A stretch of 63,763 bases of DNA, counting the filler, from Octopus bimaculoides (lineage: Eukaryota), in the NCBI RefSeq assembly GCF_001194135.2. It is 7 parts of 4 records of this genome, joined end to end, with 100 filler letters (N's around TTAATTAATTAA, not from the genome) between each part and the next. Parts side by side here need not be neighbours in the genome. Positions count along the whole stretch, not along the records: positions 33,890 to 59,435 come from NC_069007.1; positions 59,536 to 62,008 come from NC_069007.1; positions 62,109 to 63,763 come from NW_026333260.1; 4 more parts are not named here. One strand, written 5' to 3'. This document shows, one piece after another, positions 50,491-62,789 of this stretch; the stretch's first letter is position 1, and each line of letters begins with the position of its first letter. Below the pieces are notes generated by a model, which worked only from the letters and a program-made list of their open reading frames with translations, did not search any database and was not told the DNA's origin. The translations under genes were made by a program, and so were the position numbers.

Positions 50491-51599
50491 TTATTGTTTT
50501 TGTTGAAAAAAGCCGCAGTAATTATACACCAACCCAATACTTGTTCTATCAGCCTCTGTTGGTGAACTGCTAAGTTATGAGAACGTAAACACACCAACAC
50601 CAGTTGCCATGTGGTGATTGGAGGGGGGGGTACAAACACAAAGACATGCACACATCAATATATATATATGTGGAGGCGCAATGGCCCAGTGGTTAGGGCC
50701 GTGGAGATACTTAGAGGTAGCAAGTGATAGCAAGAGGAACTGGAGGCGACCTGTAGTGGGTGGTGAAGTTTTGGGGGGAGATGGGTTGTGGGCGGCTTTT
50801 GCCAGAGGACAGAATTATGCATGGGTGCGAGAAGAAGGGGGGAATTAGGACTATAAAAGACATGCCTGTATGTATGGATGGCCATGCATTTACTTAGCTT
50901 GACATCTCTTCTTCTGCATTTAAATACTTAATCCAGTATTTAGTGGACATACTTATGCATGATACATTGATAAGTTTAAAGTGCCAGGTAGGGTCCACAT
51001 CAACAGAAAGGTATCACGTAGGGTGTCCATTTATTTTGCTGAACTGCTAAGTTATTCTCCTTAAGCCTAGTACTTATTCTATATGTCCCTTTTGACGTAA
51101 ACACATTAACATGGGTTGTCAAGCGATGATGGTGGTGGTGGTGGTGGGGGGGGCAAACACTGACACAAAGATACACACACACATAAATATATACACATAT
51201 ACAGTAAGACACCTGTAACTGTCTCACTATAACCTTTTCATCATCCAACACAAGATCACCACCTCCAATGTCTCCCCCCCTTTTGAAAGTTTTTTTTTTT
51301 TTGTCTTGCAAGTACTTGGTGATCCTGTCAGTGCAGGTGTCACTTGAAAGCACCGGAAGGGCATCCCTCTGTAATAACCTTGCTAAAACTGACCTCGCTT
51401 ATGCCTGTGCCACAAAAAAAGCATCAAGTCCACTCTACTGAGTGGTTGGTGTTAGGAAGGGCATCCAGCTGTAAAAATCCTGCCAAAACAGTCACAGAAG
51501 TCTGGTGCAAATTATTTTACTAATGTAGTTTTGCTTTTTAACCAGTATGTATTCAGCAGTAACAAAACTCAATGCAACATAGCTACATCAAGTAGCCCC

Positions 51600-51870
51600 A
51601 CCACTACCACTCTAAAACCCTAACACCAAAGCTAAAACCAGTACAAACGCACGAACGATGTCATAAATAATAGTGACAAACGAAATATACATCGCCGATA
51701 GTTGTTGACAAACAACAACAGTAATTTTATTCAGCTGAATACACGTCATTGATTGGTTGAAATTACCGAAATACGACAATTTTAACGTGAAATAACTTTG
51801 AAAATATAAACTTTTCTCAGCTAAAAATTCTAAAAACGAAAATATAACCGTGTGGCTTTTGTCCAGATCC
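51600..51870. mobile_element. Right half of a MITE related to the 41419/43334 family
   Basis: Shares TGATTGGTTGAAATTAC.GAAATACGACAA.TTTAAC; ends in GATCC; begins with degenerate CTAAAACCCTAA repeats. Confidence 0.6.
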
Positions 51871-52031
51871 CATATAACCATTAGGAATGGGTCCATGGAT
51901 AAACGTAACGAAATTAAAGACGATGTAAGAAACTAATGTTTGGACATCCAACTAATGTACTAATAACGATAGAAAGCCTTTATTACTATGTAAGAGCTAA
52001 TAAATATTTCGTATCCATTTGAATCGATAAG

Positions 52032-52174
52032 GGCACTATCATGCTATTAGCTGTCAGAAGTGAAAGTGCTCACTGCTAGTGAAGTATCTGTCTGTCTGCC
52101 TGAATGCCTGTTGCTGGCCTGTCGATTCTTTGGCTACTGACAGCTAATACCATGACTGGCCGGAGCGAGCTATA

Positions 52175-52207
<33 letters not shown>

Positions 52208-52666
52208 ATCTATTACTCGAAAGTTATTGGAACAAATTTGACACCTATATCCATGCGTTTGAAAACACAGAGTATAAGGGTACTCGCGTCCGCGCTAGCT
52301 AGTCGTGAGTGGTCGATCCTATTATTTTTAAACTTCAAACTTCATTTGTTTTCTATTTTGATAAATTCTCTCTGTTGAAAATTATATTTTTATATTTTAA
52401 ATAATTTGCAATTTCAGGAAATATGTTTTTATATTAAATTTGTGTTTTCTACTCACGACTAGCTAGCGCGGACGCGCGAACTTTCGAGTAATAGATAGAT
52501 AGAGAGAGAGAGACAGACAGACATATAGCTCGCTCCGGCCAGTCATGGTATTAGCTGTCAGTAGCCAAAGAATCGACAGGCCAGCAACAGGCAGACAGGC
52601 AGACAGACAGATACTTCACTAGCAGTGAGCACTTTCACTTCTGACAGCTAATAGCATGATAGTGCC
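52032..52666. mobile_element. Foldback Merlin-like element with about 190-bp TIRs
   Basis: Arms 52032-52225 / 52479-52666 near-perfect; GGCAC...GTGCC termini; perfect 8-bp TSD TCGATAAG (52024-52031 / 52667-52674). Confidence 0.88.
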
Positions 52667-52996
52667 TCGATAAGTAATGTGAAAGCTGTGTTGCAACAAG
52701 TGCAATTTCAGAGGTGACCGGTAAACATTTTAGAGGTGACCAGTACAAATTTTAGAGGTGACCTGTCACAGGAAAAAAAATCACAATTAATTTATGGTGG
52801 CCGGTAATAAAATCACAGGAAAAAAAGTCTGGATTCATTTTAGAAAGGAAGGTTGTGCTGCTGTTTGTCGTAGGTCGAACTGCTGCACAGACGCTCCCTT
52901 GTTGATGTGTAATTGTTATTCTGATAGGTAAATGGATTTTTGATTTACCGTGCGTTGGATACAAATAAAAGAGCAAAATTAACAGACAGAAGTATT

Positions 52997-53305
52997 GGCA
53001 CAAGTTGTTGGCGTTTACGACGTCGAGGGTTCCAGTTGATCCGATCAACGGAACAGCCTACTCGTGAAATTAACGTGCAAGTGGCTGAGCACTCCACAGA
53101 CACATGTACCCTTAACGTAGTTCTCGGGGATATTCAGCGTGACAAGGCTGGCCCTTTGAATTACAGGTACAACAGAGAAAGAATACAGCAGGGTTCGCCA
53201 CCATCCTCTGCCGGAGCCTCGTGGAGCTTCAGGTGTTTTTTCGCTAATAAACACTCGAAACCGCGAGTCCGCTACCCTAACCACTGGGCCATTGCACCTC
53301 CACAT
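52997..53305 (-). mobile_element. SINE family B
   Basis: Reverse complement of 38906-39293 with internal deletions. Confidence 0.85.
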
Positions 53306-53309
53306 TGGC

Positions 53310-53470
53310 GCAAGAGAAAGGGAGTAAGTCGATTACGTCGGTCCCCTGTGTTTATCTGGTACATATTTTGTCGACCCCGAAAAGATGTAAGGCAAAGTCG
53401 GCCTCGGCGGAAATTGAACTTACAGAACATACAGACGGACGAAATACCTCTGAGCATTTTATCCGGCATA
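53310..53470 (-). mobile_element. SINE family C
   Basis: GTCGACCCCGAAAAGATGTAAGGCAAAGTCG core on the reverse strand. Confidence 0.75.
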
Positions 53471-53878
53471 TTTTCTGAATATAGTATTTATATATTAGGA
53501 ACTTTTAACATTTGTCACCGTTGCTATTAAGGCGAGAGGAAAATGATCTCCGTCTTTGAATCGTAAATTAGGGATTCGGTAAGAAATATTCTCTATTTCA
53601 AGTATTCTCTTGCTTTACAGAACAAAAGGAATAAGTTTTGGCCACCACCTAACGAAAGATGAACTTTCAAGACACTTTTTGATTTATCCATGAGGTTTTC
53701 AAGTCTAAAGTATGTATTTTCATCAACAACACTTTGTAAACTTATTGTCTGTGATAACAATTGTGATTTAGGATTACACACACGCACATACTGTATTTTA
53801 ATGTGTATAAGGAACCCATTTATGTCAAAAATTACTTTAAAAAAATATGGGTGTTTCTTATCCTTGGATAGTATTATT

Positions 53879-54205
53879 GTTGTTGTTGGCACTCCGTCGC
53901 TTACGACGGCGAGGGTTCCTGTTGATCCGATCAACGGAACAGCCTGCTCGTGAAATTAACGTGCAAGTGGCTGAGCACTCCACAGACACGTGTACCCTTA
54001 ACGTAGTTCTCGGGGATATTCAGCGTGACACAGAGTGTGACAAGGCTGACCCCTTTGAATTACAGGCACAACAGAAACAGGAAGTAAGACTGAGAGAAAG
54101 TTGTGGTGGAAGAGTACAGCAGGGTTCGCCACCATCCCCTGTCGTAGCCGAGTGGAGCTTTAGGTGTTTTCGTTCAATAAACATTCACAACGCCCGGTCT
54201 GGGAA
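53879..54205 (-). mobile_element. SINE family B
   Basis: Reverse complement of 38960-39293. Confidence 0.88.
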
Positions 54206-54254
54206 TCGAAACTACGTGGGAAACAATATATGAGGATGCGCATTTTCACACACC

Positions 54255-54970
54255 TTTTATCTTTTACTTGTTTCACTCATTAGACTGCGGCCATGCTGGA
54301 GCATTGTCTTGAAGAGTTTTAAGTCGAATGAATCGACCCTAGAACTTATTCTACCGGTTTGTTTTGCCGAACCGTTACCTTACAGGAATGTAAACACACT
54401 AGCACCGGTTAAGTGGTGGCGATGGTAAGGACAGACACTCACACACACACAGATATACATATATATACGACAGATTTTGGTAGAGATGGACTATATGTAA
54501 TCTGAACCTTCCCCCCCCCTTATTTATTAATTTTTTTACGGAATCCCACGTTTTAGGCTATGGAGATTCCGATTCTGAAAAAAAAATTTTTGAAAAATTT
54601 CAATCCCCCCCCACCAAGCAGGCTATTTACATGCTAGAAATAACAGCCAAATCTCACAAAACTAGTGTTGGGGTTAGGTTTAGGGTTAGGGTCAGGGTTA
54701 GGGTTTGAGTTAGGGTTAGGTTTACACTGTGGATCTATATAAAAACCGGGGGCGGGGTCGAAATTTTGAAATTGAGATTTTTGAAATTTTTTTTTTCAGA
54801 ATCGGATCCTCCATGGTCTGAAACATAGGATTCCGTAAAAAAAAAAAATTTAAAAGCGGGGGTATACCCAGATTACATATACTCCATCTCCACCCAGATT
54901 TTTTTCAGTTTCCGTCTACTAAATCGACTCAAGGCCTTGATCAACCCGAGGATATAATAGAAGAGGCACT
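54255..54970 (-). mobile_element. SINE family A interrupted by a MITE; remaining head probably at 55320-55385
   Basis: Tail at 54255-54300; resumes TTCAGTTTCCGTCTAC after 54902. Confidence 0.75.
54479..54894. mobile_element. Second Merlin-like MITE family with TTAGGG core
   Basis: GGTAGAGATGG / CCATCTCCACC termini; imperfect TIRs of about 140 bp; perfect 8-bp TSD CAGATTTT (54471-54478 / 54895-54902); GGGTTA variants at about 54671-54722. Confidence 0.85.
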
Positions 54971-56155
54971 ACTGAAGTACAGAGGTCCCGATGCCTCTCC
55001 GGAACGATATGAAGGGGAGGTAAACTAGTTTTACCAAACTACTGTTAATGATACAAAAGACCCCCACAATATCGTCTGTTTTTAATCTTATGTTTTTACA
55101 GAACACACTCGTTAGGGTTAGTTTTTAGTTTCGACTTACAGAAGGGTCGCTTATGTGAAGTCAGTAGTTTTGGTAAAACTAGATTACCTCTCCTTGATAT
55201 CGTTACTTTGTATTATATTAATTCAACCACCTTTCTATTCGTTTTGTTTTTTTTTGTCCCTACCTTGTGCTCTTCCCTCTATATACGGCTTTCATGGCCA
55301 ATTTCAAAAAATAAAATAAAAGTGCTACACAGTGGGACTGAACCCGGAACCATGTGGTTGAGAAACAATCTTCTTGCCACACAGTCACATCTATATCTTC
55401 AAAACAACATTAAGAGACGCATAAATAATATGGATTCATTTTAGTTAACCGTGCTGACATATTTACAAGCATACATGTAAGTTTGACTGCAAGCAATGCA
55501 CACAATACATGCACAGCAAGTGATACATACTTATATACACAAAAAAGAAAGAGAAAACGAAAAATGATTCAGGCTGTTTTGAAGTATATTCATATAAATA
55601 TGTATACATGGCTGTGTGGTAAGAAGCTTGCTTCTCGTTACTGCTGGTTTGTTTGTTTTTTCTGAGAGTGGAAGAGTGGATGTTAGACGATGACCATGAT
55701 GACAAACATGCACTCACACACATACACACACACACACACATTCTCATACATGTACACACATGCATATTCTTCTTCTGCTATCCTACTTATACTGTCATAT
55801 CTTTTCTTTTTCTTCTTTTACAGAGTTGCCAACAGAGAGTTCGATTACAACTTGTAGAAGAATACCATTTACATTAAAGCTTCTGCTCCATTCATTCCTG
55901 GATACTGCATTTTCTTTTTCGTTTTGTGCAGCTTAAGTTTATTCACATTTATTCATGTCAAACTGAAAGGAATTTGTCAACAATAAAATGCATGCCACTT
56001 GGAGATGTCCCATCCAGCAACAGACATTCAAATGTTAAAATATAAAATGTTTCAATGCCACATATTTTGTACATGTGTAAATGCAGTCTTAATGAACCAT
56101 AATATATTATACCTGCAGACATTGCTCGACTTTTAAGAATTCCTTGAGAATTAAC

Positions 56156-57837
56156 ATGGAAGACATTAGTCACTCAGCCACTTCTAACACAACTGTTTTT
56201 AATAATATTGAGTCAGTGACAGACAGCAGTGAGGAAGCTTTGTCTACTGAAACAGTTTCTAAACAAAGTAAATTACACAAAGATATTTCTCAATATCGCT
56301 GTGAGATTTGCGAGAAAACATTCTCTTCAGAACGTGGAGTTTCCATGCACAAAAAAGTACACAATATAGAAAAAACATTTCATTGTGAAATATGCAGAAA
56401 ATCATTTATTCACAAATACCATCTTGTAGTTCATAAAAGAACCCACACTGGAGAAAAACCATTCCATTGTGACATATGTGGGAAAAGTTTTGTCTCTAAC
56501 AGTTATTTGACAACACACAAAATTATCCATACTGGAAAGAAATTGTTTCGCTGTGAAATCTGTGGTAAATCGTTTGTTGATAACTGGAGATTGATTATTC
56601 ATATACGTAGTCACACAGGTGAAAAACCTTACAAGTGTGAAACATGTGGCAAATGTTTTGTTTCCAATCGTATTTTAACGAAACACAAAATTATACACAG
56701 TGGAGAAAAGTCATATCATTGTGAAGTTTGTGACAAATCATTTATTTTAAACACTAATTTGATAGCGCATAGAAGAATCCACACTGGAGAGAAACCGTTT
56801 CAGTGTGAAATCTGTGGGAAGAGTTGCTCTTTTAATTCAAATCTTGTAGTCCACAAACGTAGTCACACTGGAGAGAAGCCATATTGTTGTGAAGTGTGCA
56901 GTAAGTCATTTAGCACGAGTAGCGATTTAAGAAGGCACAATAGAATACACACAGGGGACCTCTTACATTGTGAAATTTGTGGGAAATCGTTTATCACTAA
57001 AAGTAGATTAAAAATACACATGATTGTACACACGGGAGAAAAATTGTTCCACTGTGAAATTTGTGGGAAATCGTTCTCTGTGAATTCAAGTCTTGTTATT
57101 CACGTACGTAGTCACACTGGAGAAAAGCCATATCATTGTGACGTGTGCGGGAAGTCGTTTATGGTCAACAGTGTCTTGACAAAGCACAAAAGGATACATA
57201 CTGGAGAAAATTTGTTTCACTGTGAAATCTGTGGTAAATCTGTCACTGAAAGATCCAAGCTCGTTATCCACAAACGTACTCACACTGGAGAAAAGCCTTA
57301 TGACTGTGAAATCTGTGGTAAATCTTTCTCTGTTAATTCTCACCTTGCGGTTCACAAAAGGTTACACACTGGAGAGAAGCTCTTNNNNNNNNNNNNNNNN
57401 NNNNNNNNNNNNNNNNNNNNNNNNNNNNNNNNNNNNNNNNNNNNNNNNNNNNNNNNNNNNNNNNNNNNNNNNNNNNNNNNNNNNNNNNNNNNNNNNNNNN
57501 NNNNNNNNNNNNNNNNNNNNNNNNNNNNNNNNNNNNNNNNNNNNNNNNNNNNNNNNNNNNNNNNNNNNNNNNNNNNNNNNNNNNNNNNNNNNNNNNNNNN
57601 NNNNNNNNNNNNNNNNNNNNNNNNNNNNNNNNNNNNNNNNNNNNNNNNNNNNNNNNNNNNNNNNNNNNNNNNNNNNNNNNNNNNNNNNNNNNNNNNNNNN
57701 NNNNNNNNNNNNNNNNNNNNNNNNNNNNNNNNNNNNNNNNNNNNNNAGAAAGACCCTTTCATTGTGAAATATGTGAGAAGTCCTTTATTACTAACACTCT
57801 TTTAAAAAAGCATAAACAGATGCATACTAGAGGGTAG
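56156..57837 (+). CDS. ZNF-C: tandem C2H2 zinc-finger protein, at least 14 fingers, paralog of ZNF-B; interrupted by gap 57385-57746
   Basis: ATG at 56156 (the ORF track starts at an upstream TTG); 13 fingers before the gap; after the gap the correct frame reads [29 protein letters not shown] (TAG 57835-57837). The frame offset is attributed to the estimated gap length. Confidence 0.9.
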
Positions 57838-59914
57838 CCTTTTAACCCTTTTATTATTCATATATCTAAAATAGGCTGAACTAAAAAAACAAACATATAT
57901 AACCCTAAAAATCTGCCCAATCATTTCATATGGATACTCAACAGGAGAATTCTCAATCCAAGTCAAAACACAAAACACACCAACCAAAAACAAAACTGCC
58001 CTAAAAAAAATTATAACTTATTCCTATACATCTCTTAATATGTAAAAAAAAAAAAAAGGGACTCATTAGAAGCAAATCAAAGTATTGTCCGAAAATGACC
58101 TCAAAATTGTGCGACCCAACCTAGTTGCCGAGATTGTAAAAAAAAGTTGTTGAGTCCAAAACATAGTTTATTTGGTAGATAGATAATAAGCAGCTTTCTT
58201 TATTATAATACATGTGACTAATTTGGAGAAACATTACTTTCATTATTCACACATCATCACTCTCATAATGCAACACTTTGTAATTTTGGTTCAAATTGAA
58301 AGTGTGAAACTATTTTCATTTTCTAATGAAACCTTGTCGTTGTAGATAAGTGTATTTGAAATAACTATAGCTGGTTATTGAGATAATGTCGAAAATATGT
58401 AAATGAAAATAAACGTTATTTCACATGTGTAATTGATTTGATTGTTCTGGAAGGCGGTGACATGGCAGAGTCGTTAGCAGAAGTTTGATCTTTTTTTATT
58501 GTTTGAATATCATTGTTAGTGATAAAATTAGTTGTATTGTTTAATATAATATTATATGTAGTTTGATTTAGTTCCATTTGTGCTATATAATTCCTAAGTT
58601 TTGTATCTTTTATATATTTAATATGTTATTTTAATCCACTTGCAGCTAAAGCTTGATTATAATAGTTTGCATGATTATTGAATATTTCTTCATTATCGGT
58701 AAGATCTGTGATTCAAATAGATATACTGTTTACAATACTCTTAAGTAATGATTTATGATGGTTAGAATGAATGTTTATATGCTTAAGGTATTCATTAGTT
58801 TTGTGGAAAGGAGAATAAGTGGAGGTACTAAGGTCCAGAGTTACAGTTAAAAAATTTGCTTTACAGTAGCTTTCTTTGAAGGAAATAGATAAGCCAAAAG
58901 TTTTAAAGAAATTATGGAGTTCTTCCCTTATTTTTCCTATTTTTCTTTTTGAACGGCCATTATATATCAGGAGAGTACATCTCTATATAATCCTCCTTTG
59001 AGAGAAGGAAAATATTGTTTGGTCTTATGTAATAGATATAAGCCTACCGAGTCCGTGATTTGTGCAGAATCAGAAGATCTAATTGATTAATTGACTTTAA
59101 ATATAACACATTAATTTACTCTATACTAAGTCAATGCACAACCATTTTTACATTTGCATAAAATATAATAATGATATCTTCTAGTTTTATTATCTCTATA
59201 ACTATAAAAGCAACAGTTAATCACTTTTAATTTCTTACACTTATGGATTACACACTGAAGAGGAAATGAATTATGGGAATTCTATCTACAAGCAGCCATT
59301 ATGGATTCTTACAACGGATTTTACCATGGATTTATTCTATTTTTTCAAAATTTTTAACTGAAGTTTATACCATCACAGATCTATACCAATAACCTTTTAA
59401 ACAACACCTTTCTCATCCGATTTTAAATAGCATATNNNNNNNNNNNNNNNNNNNNNNNNNNNNNNNNNNNNNNNNNNNNTTAATTAATTAANNNNNNNNN
59501 NNNNNNNNNNNNNNNNNNNNNNNNNNNNNNNNNNNTATATATATATATATATATATATATATGAATGTATGTACGAACGTAACTGCATTAATCTATGTAT
59601 ATGTATGCGTTCATGTGCGTGTGTATAGACGCACACCGATGCATATATACATGTATGTGTGTGTATATGTATGTACATACGCACATACGTATATATGTTG
59701 GTAGATATGAATGTATGTATAAATGTATGCATGTACAAATTTACCTTTGTATATATGTCTGTGTGTGTGTGTGTGCGTGCATGTGTGTGTGTGTGTGTGT
59801 GTGTGTAGAAATGAATGTGTGTGTGCACAAGTGTATGCACGGAGTATATATTATGCATGTGTATACAGAATATACATGTACCTATTTATTAATGTATGCA
59901 TGAGTATACACACA

Positions 59915-59994
<80 letters not shown>

Positions 59995-60103
59995 GATTCA
60001 TATATGTACGCAACATATGCATATATATACGTACAAATATATGTATATACACACATATATACATATATAGATAATAATATATATTTGCATGTGTATTTGT
60101 ATA

Positions 60104-60173
<70 letters not shown>

Positions 60174-60844
60174 NNNNNNNNNNNNNNNNNNNNNNNNNNN
60201 NNNNNNNNNNNNNNNNNNNNNNNNNNNNNNNNNNNNNNNNNNNNNNNNNNNNNNNNNNNNNNNNNNNNNNNNNNNNNNNNNNNNNNNNNNNNNNNNNNNN
60301 NNNNNNNNNNNNNNNNNNNNNNNNNNNNNNNNNNNNNNNNNNNNNNNNNNNNNNNNNNNNNNNNNNNNNNNNNNNNNNNNNNNNNNNNNNNNNNNNNNNN
60401 NNNNNNNNNNNNNNNNNNNNNNNNNNNNNNNNNNNNNNNNNNNNNNNNNNNNNNNNNNNNNNNNNNNNNNNNNNNNNNNNNNNNNNNNNNNNNNNNNNNN
60501 NNNNNNNNNNNNNNNNNNNNNNNNNNNNNNNNNNNNNNNNNNNNNNNNNNNNNNNNNNNNNNNNNNNNNNNNNNNNNNNNNNNNNNNNNNNNNNNNNNNN
60601 NNNNNNNNNNNNNNNNNNNNNNNNNNNNNNNNNNNNNNNNNNNNNNNNNNNNNNNNNNNNNNNNNNNNNNNNNNNNNNNNNNNNNNNNNNNNNNNNNNNN
60701 NNNNNNNNNNNNNNNNNNNNNNNNNNNNNNNNNNNNNNNNNNNNNNNNNNNNNNNNNNNNNNNNNNNNNNNNNNNNNNNNNNNNNNNNNNNNNNNNNNNN
60801 NNNNNNNNNNNNNNNNNNNACACACACACACACACACACACATA

Positions 60845-61252
60845 CAGGGCCGGATTAAGCCCCATGGAGGCCCTAAGCCCTTAAAAGATTCAGGTGCCCC
60901 CATAAAAGATTATGTAATTCAAAATATAAACAATAACAAACCATAAAATAAATTTCTATTTTTCAAAACGAAACAAAACAGTAAGAAGGGAAAATAATGT
61001 TTATTTTTTTATGCTTCCATTTTATTTATATTTGAAAAGTTTCCTCCTACTTTTTTGAATTGCAAAGTTTTTGATCAGATCCTCAAAATTAATCTCAGGT
61101 AACACATCTACATCTATACTTAGTAGAGATAAAGGTATCCCGAATATTACTTTAGCAAGTTTAAAGTGATTTCTTTTGTGCCGTAAACCATTTACCATTT
61201 CTGTAATGCCCCAAGCACGTTCTTATTTTGCTTAATGGGTAATCCAGCGCTG
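60845..61252. mobile_element. hAT-like MITE inserted in a CA-rich tract
   Basis: TIRs CAGGGCCGGATTA / TAATCCAGCGCTG; flanks CACACATA / CACACACA. Confidence 0.65.
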
Positions 61253-61621
61253 CACACACATATACATACGTACATACACACATACACACACACATACATA
61301 CATATATATATATGTATACAGATATATATACATAAATGTGTGCGTGTATATGTATCTATGTGTTTGGTTTGTGTATAACGTTGTTAAACAAAGCGTGATT
61401 TGCGTTTCTTTAAATCAAACAACAAATTAGCAACTTAATTGACAGAATTCGATAAAGTAAAGTACCAGACGAATAATAATCTTATGAAGGTTCTCTGCAA
61501 CACGGCCGTTGTCCATTAAGAGGAACCAGAAGAATAGTATTTGTATGTGTTCGTATTTACGTTTATATATAGAAATATATTTGCGTCTATATTTAATATT
61601 AATACATTATGCAAGCATGAA

Positions 61622-61830
61622 TGTGGAGGCGCGTGGCTTAGTGGTTAGGGTGTCAGAATCATGATCGTAAGATGGTGGTTTCGATTCCTGGACCGGGAGA
61701 CGTGTTGTGTTCTTGAGCAAAACACTTCATTTCACGTTGCTCCAGTCCACTCAGCGGGCAAAAATGAGTAACGCTTCGATGGACTGGCGTCCCGTCCAGC
61801 TGGGGAACACATTGGCCATTGAAACCGGGA
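61622..61830 (+). mobile_element. SINE family B variant
   Basis: tRNA-like head matching 41273-41418, with a different 3' body. Confidence 0.75.
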
Positions 61831-62303
61831 AACCGGGCCGTAAAAGGGCGCATTTACTTATTTTATATATATATATATCCAAAGTTTTAAATTTAAATTT
61901 AAGAGAGAGATTTGACGCTAATATCCATTATTCTATAGGAATAAATTTCAATAATAATGGATATTAGCGTCAAAATTCTCTTTTAAATTTAAAACTTTGG
62001 ATATATAANNNNNNNNNNNNNNNNNNNNNNNNNNNNNNNNNNNNNNNNNNNNTTAATTAATTAANNNNNNNNNNNNNNNNNNNNNNNNNNNNNNNNNNNN
62101 NNNNNNNNGCATATTAAAAAAAATCCGAAGATTAAAATTATATTACATACAAAAATAATGAATTTAGTATTTTATTTAGTATTTTTTATTTAGTGTCTGA
62201 GTTTTTGTGTGTGTTATTGTGTTTTTATTGTGTTTTTATTGTGTTTTTATTGTGCTTATTTCTCCCCACGGGCGAAATGCTTAGCGGTTCGAAAATTCCC
62301 CAA

Positions 62304-62349
62304 GACACCTGATGAAGGCTGGTGGGTATATCAGCCAAAACGTTGTGTT
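62304..62349 (+). ncRNA. Minimal type-I hammerhead-ribozyme-like motif, probably inactive, in a probable Penelope terminal repeat
   Basis: Stem I GACAC/GTGTT; core CTGATGA(A); stem II GGCTG/CAGCC; AAAA in place of GAAA; palindromic stem III ACGT; GUU site. Confidence 0.5.
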
Positions 62350-62789
62350 AACAACAAACAAGATGAGGACAAATATCCCTCAAATGTAAATAATGTAAAT
62401 AATATAAATAATGTATAATCCCCACTCTGTTTTACACACTTATTGCAGTGGTCCTTCAGGTTTGCAAAAGAATTCGAAAGTTCGGGTCTCCAACCAGGCC
62501 TTTCGTGATACCCTTAAAGAATCTTTTAGCACTTCCTCGTATATAAAGAATGAATGTAACAAGATGCATGAATTTTATTTTAAGAATGCAATGTCCTGAA
62601 ATATTTTCTTGAATGCTTAGTACGGACACCTTCATGTCGTCATAAACTGTTGTGTATATTTTTGCCTTTCGGTGTTTTCATGACGCCATATTTGAAAATG
62701 CAATTTCACAAGTGAATGCTGGCGAAGAATTTGTAAAATCTGATCAGATTAGACTTTGTTTTTCGATTCACAGATACAACAGACGCCAC

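Larger units (their letters stand above)
49600..50537 (+). mobile_element. Mariner-derived MITE (Hsmar1/MADE1-like TIRs, TA TSD)
   Basis: TIRs TTGGGTTGGTGCATAAATATTGCGGC / GCCGCAGTAATTATACACCAACCCAA, extending to about 100 bp; internal DRLPSKWEAVTEVDGEYAPE* resembles a mariner transposase C-terminus. Confidence 0.85.
49488..50670 (-). mobile_element. SINE family A 3' half, split by a mariner MITE at a TA
   Basis: Family sequence AAGCCTAG-TA-CTTATTCTATC is interrupted at the TA (49598-49599) and resumes after the duplicated TA (50538-50539). Confidence 0.85.

Noticed and set aside
57747-57805. Frameshift or aberrant C-terminus (KDPFIVKYVR...) of ZNF-C
   Set aside because: Another frame gives a normal final finger; the offset is explained by the estimated gap size, since the linker-to-linker distance of 374 nt is not a multiple of 84.
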